A stretch of 64,000 nucleotides of DNA from Camelus dromedarius (Eukaryota): the NCBI RefSeq assembly GCF_036321535.1, contig NC_087436.1, positions 10,974,001-11,038,000 of the forward strand, in the 5' to 3' direction. Below the pieces are notes generated by a model. The model saw only the letters and a list, made by a program, of their open reading frames with translations, was not told the DNA's origin and searched no databases. The position numbers and the translations under genes are program-made. Positions 26,838-39,890 of this stretch are shown here, piece by piece (positions within the stretch are counted from its first letter, which is position 1; each line of letters begins with the position of its first letter).

Positions 26838-27673
26838 AGTGACGTCATCAACATGGCAAGATAAGAGTTTCCTACCACCTTCCCCTTGAAGAACACTGGT
26901 TTAGACAATCATTCAAGGACAAGGGAGCCTTTATGAAAGTCCAGAAATCCAAAACAGGAATTCCAGCACACTGTCAGAGAAAAAAAATCCAAAATTGGAT
27001 GCATGGGAGAGGGTAAGAGGAACAGTTTCACTTTACCTGTGTCAGCCCTCCTCCAAGGCAGTGTTACCCCAATACCAAAGCCAGATAATGACACTACAAG
27101 AAGGGGAACCTAGAGGCAAATATCTCCAGCAAATATAGATGCACTAATTTCAACAAAACTCTAGCAAACTGAACTCAATGGCACATTCAAAGGATGGTAC
27201 ACCAGGATCAAGTGAGATTTACCCCTGGGATGCAAGGATAGTTCCACATCTGCAAGTTAATCAACATAATGCACCACATTAATAAAAGAAAGATGCAAAC
27301 CATATGATCATCACCACATATGCAGAAAAAGCATCTGACAAAATTCAGCATCCTTTCATGATAAAAACACAACAAACTGGATATAGAAGGAACATACCTC
27401 AACATAACAATGGCCATAGATGATAATCTCACAGCTAATAACATTCTCAGTGGTGAAAAGTTGAAATCTTTTCCTCCTCCATGCGGAACAAGACAAGGAA
27501 GCCCACTCTCACCACCCCTATTCAATATAGTACTGGAAGTTCTGGACAGAGCAACTGGTCAAGAAAAAAAAAAAAGTCATCCAATCAGAATAGAAGAATT
27601 AAAATTGTCTCTGTTTGTAGATGATATCATCTTAAATATATAAAATTCTAAAGATTCCACCAAAAAACTGCTA
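26838..27673 (+). mobile_element. LINE-1: ~220 bp of 5'UTR joined directly to the ORF2 RT region
   Basis: 'gtgacgtcatcaacatggc' 5' start; from ~27060 ORF2 sequence, including peptide [20 protein letters not shown]...[11 protein letters not shown] (RT motifs). Confidence 0.85.
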
Positions 27674-28960
27674 CAGGCCTACCTCAGAGATATTGCAGCT
27701 TCAGCTCCAGACGACAGCAGTAAACTGAATACTCAATGAAGCGAGTCACACATTTTTTAGGCTCCCAGTGCATATAGAAGATATGTTTAAAATTTTTGCA
27801 AAAGATGAAACTGACAAAAGCTTGATCTCCAGAATATATAAGCAGCTCACATGACATAATAAGAAAAAAACAAACAACCCAATCCAAAAATGGGCAGAAG
27901 ACCTAAACAAGCAATTCTCCAATGAAAACATACAAATGATCAATAGGCACATGAAAAAAATGGTCAGTATCACTAATTATCAGAGAAATACAAATCAAAA
28001 CTACAATGAGGTATCACCTCACACCAATCAGAATGTCCATCATTCAAAAGTCCACAAATGACAAATGCTAGAGAGGCTGTGGAGAAAGGGGAACCCTCCT
28101 ACACTGCTGGTGGGAATGCAATTTGGTGCAGCCACTGTGGAAAACAGTATGGAGATTCCTCAAAAGACTAGGAATAGACTTACCATATGACCCAGGAATC
28201 CCACTCCTGGGCATAAATCCAGAAGGAACCCTACTTCAAAATGACACCTGCACCCTAATGTTCATAGCAGCACTATTTACAATAGCCAAGACATGGAAAC
28301 AGCCTAAATGTCCATGAACAGATAACTGGATAAAGAAAATGTGGTATATTTATAAAATGGAATACTACTCAGCCATAAAAATGACAACATAACGCCATTT
28401 GCAGCAACATGATGTCCCTGGAGAATGTCATTCTAAGTGAAGTAAGCCAGAAAGAGAAAGAAAAATACCATGAGATCACTCATATGTGGAATTTGAAAAG
28501 AAAAGAAAAAGAAAAGAAAAGAAAAGTAAAGAAAAGCAAAGAAAAGAAAAAAAAGAAGAGAAAAGAAAAGAAAAAGAAAAATGAACATAAATGCTAAACA
28601 GAAACAGACTCACAGACATAGAATACAAACTTGTGGTTGCCAGGAGTGGGTGGATGGGAAGGGACAGACTGGGAGTTTGAAATTTGTAGATATTGACAGG
28701 TATATATAGAATACATAAACAAGATTATACTGTATAGCACAAGGAAATATATACAAGGTCTTGTGGTAGCTCACGGTGAAAAAGAATGTGACAATGAGTA
28801 TATGTATGCTCATGTATAACTGAAAAGTTGTGCTCTACACTGGAAATTGACACATTGTAAACTGACTATAACTCAATAAAATAAAATTTAAAGAAAGATA
28901 TGTTTACACTACACTGAAGTCCATTAAGTGTGTGATAGCATTATGTCTAAAAATCAATGA
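27674..28960 (-). mobile_element. Tigger1-family 3' end, split by a young L1
   Basis: ta|caggcctacctcagagatattgc terminal repeat; sequence resumes after the L1 as 'cactacactgaagtccattaagtgtgtgatagcattatgtctaaaaa'. Confidence 0.85.
27790..28894 (+). mobile_element. Young 5'-truncated L1 (ORF2 C-terminus plus 3'UTR)
   Basis: Peptide [30 protein letters not shown]...[22 protein letters not shown] aagatatgttta at 27778-27789 and 28895-28906; internal (AAAAG)n at 28495-28580. Confidence 0.95.
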
Positions 28961-28964
28961 AACA

Positions 28965-29545
28965 AAAACAGCACAGATATGTAATGCACAGTGTGGGGAA
29001 AATCGTCAATAATGCCTTTGTATGGTGACATATTATAACTAGACTGATCATAATGATCAGTTTGAAATAAATAGAAATGTGGAACCACTACGTTGTGTAA
29101 TAGGAACTAACATAGTGTTGTGGGTCAATTATATTTCCAGCTCAAACAAACAACTCATAGAAAATGAGATCAGATTTGTGATAGGCAGAGGTGGAGACAG
29201 GGTGAATAATTGAATAAAGGCAGACAAAAGGTACAATCTTCTAGTTATAAGACAAATAAGTACTAGAGGTGTAATGTACAATATGATCAATATAATTAAC
29301 ATTATTGCATGTTATGCCTGAAAGTTGTTAAGACAGTAAATCCTAAGCGTTCTCATCACAAGAAAAAAATCTTTTGTTTCTTCACTTTTGAACCTATATG
29401 AGATGATGAATTTCCACTGAACTTGTGATAATCACTCCATGATGTATATAAATCAAATTATTATGCTATATATCTTAAACTTATGTAGTACTGTTATGTC
29501 AATTATTATCTTGATAAAACTGGAAGAAAAAACATTAAAAACAGC
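28965..29545 (+). mobile_element. L1 3'UTR (older laurasiatherian type)
   Basis: 'aaaaggtaca...gttataag..aaataagtactaga...gttctcatcacaagaaaaaa...atgtcaatta' plus A-rich end. Confidence 0.8.
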
Positions 29546-29594
29546 ATTAATTTAAAAAACAATGCTGATAGAAAAATGGCCCCAATAGAGTTGC

Positions 29595-30720
29595 TTGATG
29601 CAAGTGTTGCCAAGAATGTGGAGAAAAGGGAACCCTTATGCACTGTTGGTGGGAAGGTAAATGGGTGCAGCCACAATGGAAAACAGTATGGAAGTTCCTC
29701 AAAAAATTAAAAATAGAACTACAATGTGATATAGCTATCCTTCCTGATATATATTTGAAAGAAATGAAATCAGTAATTTGAAAGATATCTGCACCCGTCA
29801 TGTTCACAACAGCACTATTCACAATAGCCAAGACACAGAAGCAAACTAAGTGCCCATCAATAGATTAATGGTTAAATAAAATGTGACATATATATATACT
29901 ATAGCATTATACATATATAATATAGATACACACACAATGGAATATTATTCACCCATAAAAAGAATTAAATACTTCTATCTTTGACAACATAAATGGATCT
30001 AGTGGCTATTTTTACTAAGTGAAATAAGTCAGACAGAAAAAGACAAGTACTGTATGATCTCATATGTGGAATCTAAAAAACATTGAATTCATCGAAACAG
30101 AGAGCAGAATGGTGATTTCCAGGGGGTTGGGGTAGGGATACAGAAATCAGGACATGGCCCCAAAGCACAAATTTCCAGTTATAGGATGAATATATTCTGG
30201 GGACCTAGTGCACAACAATGGTGACTTTAGTTAACAATACTGTATGACAGGAAAATCTCATTTTATTTTGCTTCATTTTACTGAGCCTCACAGATATATA
30301 TTGTGTGGGAAACCTGCATTGTCAAATACTGGTTAATATTTTGGTTTTTTAGACATAATGGTATTGCACATTTAATAGACTACAGTACAATATAAATATA
30401 ACTTTTATGTGTACTATAAACACCCCAGATTCATCTGACCAGCTTTATTGACATATTTGCTTTATTGTAAGAATCTAGATCTGAACCTGCAATAGCTCTG
30501 AAATGTACCTACCATACTTGAAAGTTGCTTTGAGAGTAGATCTTAAACGTTCACCATGCACAGAAAATAGTAATTATGTGAAATGATGGCTGTTTTAACT
30601 AACTTATTGTGATAGTCTTTTCACAATAAATACACTTATCAAATCATCATGTTGTACACCTTAAATTCACACAATGTTGTATGTCAGTTATACCTCAATA
30701 AAGCTGAAAAATAAAAATTT
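29595..30720 (+). mobile_element. L1MA9-like ORF2 end and 3'UTR
   Basis: 'gtggagaaaagggaaccctt..gcactgttggtggga', 'gagagtagatcttaaa', 'tgtcagttatacctcaataaagctgaaaaa'. Confidence 0.9.
30248..30511 (+). mobile_element. Tigger1-derived internally deleted element (MITE) nested in L1 3'UTR
   Basis: 5' 'caggaaaatctcattttatt', 3' 'ttttttagacataatggtattgcaca...gaacctgcaata..tctgaaatgtacct'; L1 sequence resumes on both sides. Confidence 0.8.
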
Positions 30721-31330
30721 TAAAATCTCTTCCATTCATAACAGCCATAAAATGACCAAAAACAAAGCAAACAAAACAGAACAACAACAAAAAAAACTTA
30801 ATCACCTGAAAAGGAAAGAATCAAACCAACACTTGGAAAGGTTGGGTTAAATTGTACCTACTTTCTAATGTCAGTAGCATCCTCTTTGCCTCTTCAGACA
30901 TGGAAGGTGAGCATACACGGAAACCACTGGCATGAGGTGACATGAGGATTTCAGTTTCTTTAAGTTTTCCGCTATTGAAATTTGTTTTATTTTCCTACTA
31001 ACTGGACTCTGTTTCCAATAATCTCGTGTTGAGTACTGGTAAGAGGATTGATAGAATATACCAGTCCCATATCTCAGACATCACCCCAAGTTCCAGGAGA
31101 AGTGATACAGCCCAGCAAAGACAATAATCCTGAAACTAATGACTCAGGCAACTTGTGAGGTGTGTTGACACTGGAGTTATACTGTTATGAGATCATTTAG
31201 AAAAAGATGATGCTCTGGGTATCTACCATTTGTTTTCTCCACAAAGACCTGCCACAGAAAATTCTGGATTGGAGGACAGACCAGATTCCTAGTTCAGTGT
31301 AGAACATCTTACCCTCCTATAAAGCAAGAT

Positions 31331-31378
31331 TGTGTCCATTGACAGATACTGGATAAAGAAGTTGTGTATACACACATA

Positions 31379-31417
<39 letters not shown>

Positions 31418-31947
31418 AATGGAATATTACTCGGCCATAAAAAATAAAGTAATGCCATTTGCAGCAACATGGATGGACCTGGAGATCATCATTCTAAGTG
31501 AAGTAAGCCAGAAAGAAAAGGAAAAATACCATATGATATCATTTATATGTGGAATCTAAAAAAAAAAAAAAAACAAACAGAAATGAACTTATTTACAAAA
31601 CAGCCACAGACTTACAGACATAGAAAACAAACTTATGGTTACCAGTAGGGGAAGTGGGTGGAAAGGGATAAATTGGGAGTTCGAGATTTGCAGACACTAA
31701 CTACTGTATATAAAATAGATAAACAAGTTTCTTCTGTACAGCACAGGGAACTATATTTAATATCTTGTAGTCACTTACAATGAAAATAATATGAAAACAA
31801 GTATATGTAGGTGTATATGTATATGTATATGTGTATGTATATGTATGACTGAAACATGATGCTGTACACCAGAAATTGATACAACAATTGTAAACTGACT
31901 ATTTCAATTTAAAGAAAGAGAGTATAAGAGGAAGAAAAACTTTTAAG
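31331..31947 (+). mobile_element. 5'-truncated L1 3' end
   Basis: Peptide MEYYSAIKNKVMPFAATWMDLEIIILSEVSQ; TSD aaagcaagat at 31321-31330 and 31948-31957; internal (CA)n. Confidence 0.93.
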
Positions 31948-32229
31948 AAAGCAAGATCATGCATCTATTTTTAGTCAGCAATTATAAGAGATGATTTTTT
32001 TCATTATCCATCATTTATATAGCTAACTCCCCAAAATCATACTCTAGTATTCAATTAAAAAGTCAGCATTTTCAAACTCTTTATCATAAAATTCAGTATT
32101 TGATATGCATTTTTAAAATTGGTTCTGCCTTAATACCACAACTTTCTTATGAAAGGATTCCATATCTCTTGTGAAACATTTTAACTATGAGGAGCACTGT
32201 GGTATAACTGGAGCTTTTTGTTTTTTGTT

Positions 32230-32737
32230 TTTTGCCAAATACAATCCATCTCTCCTTTTTCTGATAATTTGTTGAATTTCATTTGAAGACCTAATGTCCA
32301 TAATTAGTCCACATGGGTTGCCCAGGACTGCCCACCCCCTCAACCCCACTTACAGGAGTAAATATATGACCCAGACAGACTTGGACAAGTAAGGTGTAAC
32401 ATATCCCTAGGACAATGGTTAGCTTAAAAATGGTCACAAGACAAAATCAGATTCAATAGGATTAGTACTGTATTCTGGGATGTGAGGGGATCTGCTAGAG
32501 AAAAAAGCCAACATGTTTTCTTTTATGTTTGTCCTCAGAGCAAAAAAACCTGAGACCGATGGCAGCAAGGTTACCACTGGGTCCTGATAACATCACTAGA
32601 GCTTCTGGATCAAGCTGTCCTTTGTGCTACTCTGGACTTTTTAGTTAGGTAAGTCAGTATTTTACAACTGTTCTTTCTACTCAAGCTAATTTAAGTGCTT
32701 TCATCTCTTGTAACTAAAAGAGCCCTAACTGATACTA
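32230..32737 (+). mobile_element. Old MaLR LTR (MLT1H/J-like)
   Basis: 'gggtcctgataacatc...ctggatcaagctgt...ctggactttttagtta...taactaaaagagccctaactgatac'. Confidence 0.7.
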
Positions 32738-32904
32738 TGTAATTTAATCTTAAGAAAGACATGAAGAAACTTTACAGAGCTAAACAAATTCAATAATATG
32801 TTCCTTTGTGGAAAAAAAACTCATGCACACACCATCTATTCACAGTAAGTATACTCATAATTTTTGTGCATATTTCTTTGAGAATCAATGACAGATATAT
32901 GATC

Positions 32905-32990
32905 AAGAGAGATGATAGAAGATAGATGATAAGTAGACAGATAGGTAGATAGATAGATGATAGATAGATAATAGATAAATTGATAGAGAG
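32905..32990. repeat. Degenerate (GATA)n microsatellite
   Basis: Directly visible. Confidence 0.9.
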
Positions 32991-33059
32991 CTATATTAAT
33001 TATTCATTGGCTATCTGCCTATATTGCCAGAAATGTGCCAATCCTAATTTCTTCCGGGT

Positions 33060-33230
33060 TTTGAAAAGTCTAATTTCAAACCTTAGCCCTACACTGCTAA
33101 ATCTCAGTTTTCTCATACATGAAATAAATGTGACAAAATCAGAACCTATCTTTTAAGGTGTCATGAGTTTAAATAAGATAGTGCTTATAAAACTCTGTCT
33201 AAAGTGGGTTTTCAGTAAATGTTAGCTGTT
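33060..33230 (+). mobile_element. MIR fragment
   Basis: 'tctcagttttctcat...taaatgttagctgtt'. Confidence 0.6.
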
Positions 33231-35049
33231 AGGTATTACTCATAGACAGCACTAAAGTAAGGACATATTTATTTTCAGTGGAGCTAAAGAAAAATAGTTA
33301 TAAGTAGGCAAATTACAGTTAGTCTTCTGATCTTATATCATTCTGATTGGACAAAGCAAATCAGACTAGATAAATAGAAGGGTTTTTAATGAAATATAAT
33401 CTAGTTCCAACCCACCTATATATCTGGCCTTAAATATTTGAATTTGTTGTTACCTCTACAAGATGACTTACTTTTAGCATTCGGTCAAATGAAGAAGTGT
33501 TTTGAGAATTCTGGGAAGTTTCCACATTCTCTTTTATTTAATTTGCCAGTTGCACTACATAGCCAACTGTATCTGCAGCAAGACAGTTTTTTTTTTGCTA
33601 CAGACAAATGCAATGACAAAGCATTAGCCATTTTAACTGGAGCCGGTATTTTGGGACAGGCAGAGGAGAGATGGTTTAGAACGTGGGCCTTCTCACGTTG
33701 TCCTGATAAGTTTCACCACCACACCTACCAGCACCTATAAAAAAGGAAGCCGCTCCATATGTCCAATTTACCTAATATAAGACTAAATATTCATCATAGC
33801 TCATCCCACATGAAACTCACCTAGATCCAGGAGAAAGCTAATTGATTGATAAAGCTAATTTTAAAAGTATTGATACTTTTAAAAAGATATATACAAAATA
33901 AAATCAAGATTATATTCTGTCTTTTTAAACATAAAATAATTCATTATTAAAATTCTGAGATTTTAAATAAATTTGATATATTTTTTCTTTAGTGCAAAAG
34001 TGCTCTCAACTCTCATCAGGTTAACTTCCACTTTCAGACAATTCATAACTGAGGGAACATTTAAATCCTGATGTTACCAAAGAAAAAGATTCCCATTTAC
34101 TCATTAGCACGGATGGAGACTTGATGGTTTGATCTTTGCAGTCCCAACTAAGAAGTACAGGAACTTTAATACAAATAAAATGAAACTAGGAACTAAGAAA
34201 CGCAGTGATTTCACTAAAATGAAAGAAAAATGAGAGCTTTGTGGGATTGACTTTCATTCTTACTGCGACTATAATTTGCATCTCTCCATGTTTCCAATTC
34301 TTTCCAGGAGCAAGTTGAAAGTCTTAGATACGCAGCCTCATGAAGAAATCTGATCAATCAGATGAGAATGTTCTACAAGCTTTTTTCCCCACAGTCCAAC
34401 TCATTTTTAGTCCTTATTTCCCCAGGAGAATGAAAATTAGGAGTTTCTTCCTTTCATCCTCAGCTAGACTCTCACGGCTGGTGCTGCCAATATTTTTGCC
34501 ATGAAGATTCTTAACAAAGATGAGTTAACTCCAGCCCTGCTCTCCTTGATTTTTCCTCTCATTATCTGCGGCTTCTTTGTTAAGCCCGGAATCTTTCTGA
34601 CCATCGATCTGAGAGAAAGAGCTGCACATTTGCCTCTAAGTATACGTAATGAGACCTGGTTTCTGGAGCTTCTCCTGACGGGGCATCAGGAGGAAAGCTC
34701 CCTCGTTCATCAGGTCGGATCAACACACTCACTGAAGCATGGACTTAAGTCCTGTGCATCAGACGTGGCAGGCATGGTTGAGCCTCCATTCTGTTACCAG
34801 GCAAAGTGGGTGGGGGAGCCTAAAGTGTCACCTGAAATGTAAATGGGGAAAAAGCAAAACACGGATTCTTTCAGTGCCAATAGTCTGCGGGCAGACAACC
34901 TCAGAAAGGAAAGATGTCCCCTTGTAGTCTTTGAATTAAACTTTCATCATTACAAATGTTGTAATAATGAATGTCAGTAAATATTGTAAATTTTATCTGA
35001 ACTGAACATATATAAATAGCACCTTTATATAAAATAAAAAGCAATGATT

Positions 35050-35395
35050 TTCATTGTTGAGGTATTATTGACATGTATAATATCACATTAGTGTACAACA
35101 TAATGATTTGATATTTGCATATATTGCAAAATGGTCACCACAATGTCTAGTTAACATCTGTCACCACACATATTTACATAATTTTTTTCTTTTGATGAAA
35201 ACTTAAGATCTACTATTAGTAACATTCAAATATGCAATACAGTACTATTAGCTGCACTCACCATGCTGTATGTTACATCCCCAGGACTTATTTATCTTTT
35301 AACTAGAAATTTCTTTGTACCTTTAATCTCCTTCACCCATCTCATCCATCCCCGACCCCTCACCTCTGGCAATCACCAATCTGTTTGAGCTTTCT
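35050..35395 (-). mobile_element. L1 3'UTR fragment
   Basis: 'gtgtacaacataatgatttgatattt...tctagttaacatc...cctctggcaatcaccaatctg'. Confidence 0.85.
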
Positions 35396-35419
35396 GGGGT
35401 TTTCATTTTTGTTTTAAAA

Positions 35420-35675
35420 ACAGGCAAAAACCAAACTATGGAGACAGAAATCAGGATTGGTATTGTCTCAGGGGAGGAAGCGATAGTAGTGACTGAGAAA
35501 GGACCCAAAGGGGAGCTTATGGGGTGCGGACCATATTCCATTTCTTTATTTGGGTTCCATGAATGAGTTTCCTTTGTGATAAGTCATCAAGCTAGGCATG
35601 TTTCATTTGACACTTTTCTGTAGTTATATCATACTTCAATAAAGATTAACTTTAAATAAAATATTAATAAAATAA
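35420..35675 (+). mobile_element. L1ME-type 3'UTR fragment
   Basis: 'caggcaaaaaccaaactatgg..acagaaatcaggat...tcatcaagct...atacttcaataaa'. Confidence 0.7.
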
Positions 35676-36654
35676 AATAAATGCCAATTAGGACTTAATT
35701 TTTTAGAATTAACTCCGTGAAGCCCTTCCTTCCCGAGGAAGCGTTTCCAGGAGCTCACTGAGACTGTGCCAACAAAGAGTACAGACTGGAAATCAGGGTA
35801 CCTGGGTTCTGGTTCCACTCTGCCATAACTAGCTCTCTTACTAGAACAAGTCATGTCGCATGCCTGGTCTTCATGTCTTCTTTGGTGAAAGAAGATATTT
35901 AAGCTAGTCTTTAATATTCCTCCCAACTCTAAAAGTTTTTTGGTTCCAAACACTCCCCTAATTAGATGTGCACCAATTACTGAGACATGTGAGGTATACA
36001 CTCTTCCCTTCTAACCTGGTTACAGTAAAATCCAGATCATGGAGGGGGAAAGATGAGCATTAGGAAGAGCGTATTATAAGGTATGTTAGCAAAGCACTCA
36101 TTGACAAAAGCACATGATATGTCTGAGACATATGAAGTACCAAGATGGATTTCTTTCTTCCTTCTCATGTGACCTTTTAAAATCAGAAATATTATTTATA
36201 GAACCTCCCCCACTTCCCCACAATGCCATTTATGTTCAAAACATTTCTGACCTTTGCAAATGCAAGGCGTGGAACTCTGAATGTGACTTTAAAAATCAAT
36301 TAGTAAAGACTACAAAGATATTTACTCATGTAGTTAAAAAAGAAAAGTTTCTGAAAACAACTTTTTAGCAAGCAGATAAACAGCCTAATAAATGATAAAG
36401 GTCATGTTGACTTTAGAACAGACTCCCTCTCTAACTCTCCTAAGTAATCAGTGCAGTCTGGCTGTTGTCTGATAAGACAGTTAATTATCCCATATTTCAT
36501 TTTTAAAAGCAACCTAAGATCTCAATTAAATGCTCCAGATAGGGATAAAAAAAGTGCCTTTTTTTCTGATGTTTTCATCCATTTTCTTTGTGACATGAAC
36601 GTGACAATTCGATGAGAGAAAAGTACAACCTTTCCTTGTTCCTCTTGGAAGCCT

Positions 36655-36668
36655 GTGCCCCCTGCTGA
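36655..36668 (-). promoter_or_regulatory. Candidate CTCF site
   Basis: Minus strand tcagcagggggcac matches 13/14 of CCASYAGRKGGCRS; motif match only. Confidence 0.35.
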
Positions 36669-39364
36669 GCGCTCTTCTGAGTTCTGACTCTCCCTGCACC
36701 TCACACAATTGGAGGAAACAGCTCATTAATTTCACTCCTGTACTCAATTTTCACAATGAGATTACTGTCTGCCAGGGCCATGTCTTCAAGACCAGGTCAT
36801 TGCTCCTTATACATACAGTGACTTGCCTTTTCAAATCTTTGAGTCAGTTTCTTAAGACCCAGTAATGGGTGTGACATGAATTTTACACTTTGCCAGCTTA
36901 CCTTACACATTTTCTTTTCAGCCTAATTATTAAAAAAAATGATAATACAGAAGAGCTATTCAAAGAAGATCAGACTTTCAGCAACTGGCTTACCTGTCTC
37001 TCATACTGCAGGACATGTTGTATATTCCTATGGCCCTAAATTTGGGGGAACTACAGCTTTATTCTTCCTTGCTCTTCATGCAGATTTCTCATTAATTTTC
37101 TTGTCTTTCCTTTTCTTTCTAATCGCAGTTTTCTTTGCCTTCTTAGCATGTCCTGCTATGAATGTCTTCAGTCCAAATAGTGCAAAGATGTTGCCAGAAA
37201 AGACTTCAGCCACAGTTACTCCCAGTTTCCTTACTAGGGTCTTTCCAACATTTAGAGGACAATTGTGGCAATTTCAGCCAATGGGGCGGGGGGATCCCAA
37301 TATTTAATATTGCAGTTTTCAAGTGCACTTTTTTTGGAACCTGAGTAAGATTTGAAAATTGGAATGAATAGTATTTAGCCAACAACAGGCAATTGAAATA
37401 TCCAAATATTGACTTAGAGTTTTCATGGTTTCTTTCTTTCCTGTTTCTATGGGAACAAAGACTCACTTGGAGACACTGACTTTATAAGAAACACTTCACA
37501 TATAGGTGTTTCAAAAATTTTATTAAAGTTCATTTTATTAAACAATACAAGAGCACTCTGGCCAAGAATTTTTTATTGCTGCTTCTAAACAATAGCTTAG
37601 TTACACACAATTCAGCTGACTATATCTCACTCTTAATTCTCATGCTCATAAGTTCAAGCCGACTTACTTGAAATCCACCAACATCCATAGTTCCACAACC
37701 AAACCTGTGTTAACAAAATATAACACTGAGATAACTATACATGGTGTACCTGATTGTAATAAACTGAATTTTGATGATTTGGAAAATAAATCAGTTTTTT
37801 GTCAAGGTTTTATTTTTGGCAAGGCTATATCATTCATAGAAAAACAAACTATCAGGAAAAAAAAATGGAAAAGTTTTGGTGGCCAAACCTTATGCAGAAG
37901 TGATCATTCAAGAATGTAAACCAATCATACCTTCATTCCAGCTCCCAAAGTGAATGAAGTCAATGCTTCCTATGTCCTGGAAGTCACTCGCTACGTTGGT
38001 TCCCAGGATATCCGTGTGTCTGACAGGTTCCCACTTAATTTGAAGTCATCGTGAGATGTAAAGCCCTAACAGGCAGATGTGGAATGAGACTGAGTTGAGT
38101 GGATACCATACAGACCAGGATGAGGCTGGAAGCTCTGTGAAGACACCTGCCCACCAGTCAAAGACCACGACTCTCACTCAGCTTTCCTGATGGCCTGGGT
38201 GCCGGATGGATATCACTGTAGTAGTAAATACTGATAAACCATTTTAAGAATTGTGAGAAAATTGAGTTTAAGTAGCCAACCTGCGGATAACAGTCTGAAA
38301 TCAAATAGTGAGCATCGTAAAGTCGTTAAGATCCCCACAGACAGCACAGTGGGTCTCCTTTCATCCCTGGAGATCCGTTTTGCATTGCATAGGTACTGCC
38401 TGAGTTTGAGTTTCATCTTCTTTTACTTTCATTTCCCAGCCTCTGACCGAGACACTAATGAGCTGTCAAAAGAGCCAAGAGGCAGACAACATAAGGGCAG
38501 AGGAAATAAAGGACAAGGAAAACGAAACTACAAACTAAAGATTACTCCCACAAAAATCAAGAGTTGGTTGGTGATGCCATGAAATAATGAAATTATCTCC
38601 AAAATACTGTCTTTGTTGTTTTAAACATACTGGAGAATATAAAGAATTCCTTAGGGATTTTGCCACAGAAAACTCTCATGTTTCAGGAAACTCTGATTTC
38701 AGCTTCTCTTACAAAGGAAAACTGTCTGTAGAAGAATGGCTGCGTCTAGCCTGGCTACAGGTTCTTGCAGTGGTGGGCTGTATTTTCCGAAGGACCTAAA
38801 TACCATAAGGATTAAGATGTGAAAGAAATTGTGCAGTAGGCTGCAGACAAAAACATTGCAAAGACTTAGCTAAATGTCAACTGGAATATGAGAAACCTGG
38901 GCAGGAAGAGTACAAATTAGATTGGAAAAGGAGTTGCATTTTCAAGACTATATTGTACACTTAGCCAACATTAGACACTGTCATGTGCTATAATCTAATC
39001 TTCCAAACAATCCAGTGAGCTCACTATTACTGTTATCCTTATGCAGATTACAAGTAAGACTGCAAAAGCCACCAACTTGCCCAGGATGAGAGAGAATTTC
39101 TGACAGCGGAGTCCTTACTCCTTTTTACTTCAAATGAATCTCAGATTTAAGAACAATTAAAGAAAGGAGAGTAGTTGGGGAGGAAGCATCCAACAAGGGA
39201 ACAGTCAGTTTTCCTGTATATTTCAGTTATCTGATCAAGCAAAATAAGTTGGAAAAATCCTTTGCACAGTAAATTAGGTTTCATTAAAAAGCAATTTACA
39301 AAGACCATAACTGGATTTAAAAACAGGCTAAGGACTTGAATAGATATTTCTCCATTATTTATTT

Positions 39365-39890
39365 TTATTGCTTAATTGATCTGACTGTGTGTAGTATAGC
39401 ACATTATCTGGCTTGCATAGGTTGAACCTGTATTTCCTCCCTGGGATAAACCCAACTTTGTCTTGATTTATAATCCTTTTAATGTGCTGTTGAAATTTGT
39501 TTGCTGGTGTTTAATCGAGGATTTCTACACCTATGTTCATTGGGGTATTGGTCTGTAGTTTTGCTTTCTTGCAGTATCTTTGTTTGGCCATAATATCAGA
39601 GTGATAATGGTCTCATAAATGTGTTTGGAAGAGTATCTTACTCAATTTTTTGAAGGCATTTGAATAAGATTGACATTAATTCTTCTTGAAATATATGGAA
39701 GATTTCACCCTTTGACGCCATATGGTCCTGTGCTTTTCTTTGCTAGGGGTTTTTGATTACTGATTACTCTTTATTGGTTTGTGTAAATCTATTTCTTCAT
39801 GATTTCATCATAGTAGAAATAATTATTGTATTTCTAGGAATTTAACCATTTCATCTAGATTATCTGATATGTTGGTGGATAGCTCTTCTC
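39365..39890 (-). mobile_element. L1 ORF2 internal fragment
   Basis: 'cctgggataaacccaact', 'gaggatttctacacctatgttcat', 'ccatttcatctagattatc'. Confidence 0.85.

Noticed and set aside
33690..33760. TATA-like ctataaaaaagg with upstream tgataag as a promoter
   Set aside because: Short motifs common in AT-rich DNA; no CpG island or downstream exon evident
36939..37307. 122-aa ORF with a hydrophobic stretch (membrane protein?)
   Set aside because: Hydrophobicity comes from a T-rich tract; no recognisable homology or gene context
39300..39890. Twin-primed inverted L1 (short + piece next to a - piece)
   Set aside because: Order of the pieces does not fit twin priming, and no tail or TSD is visible
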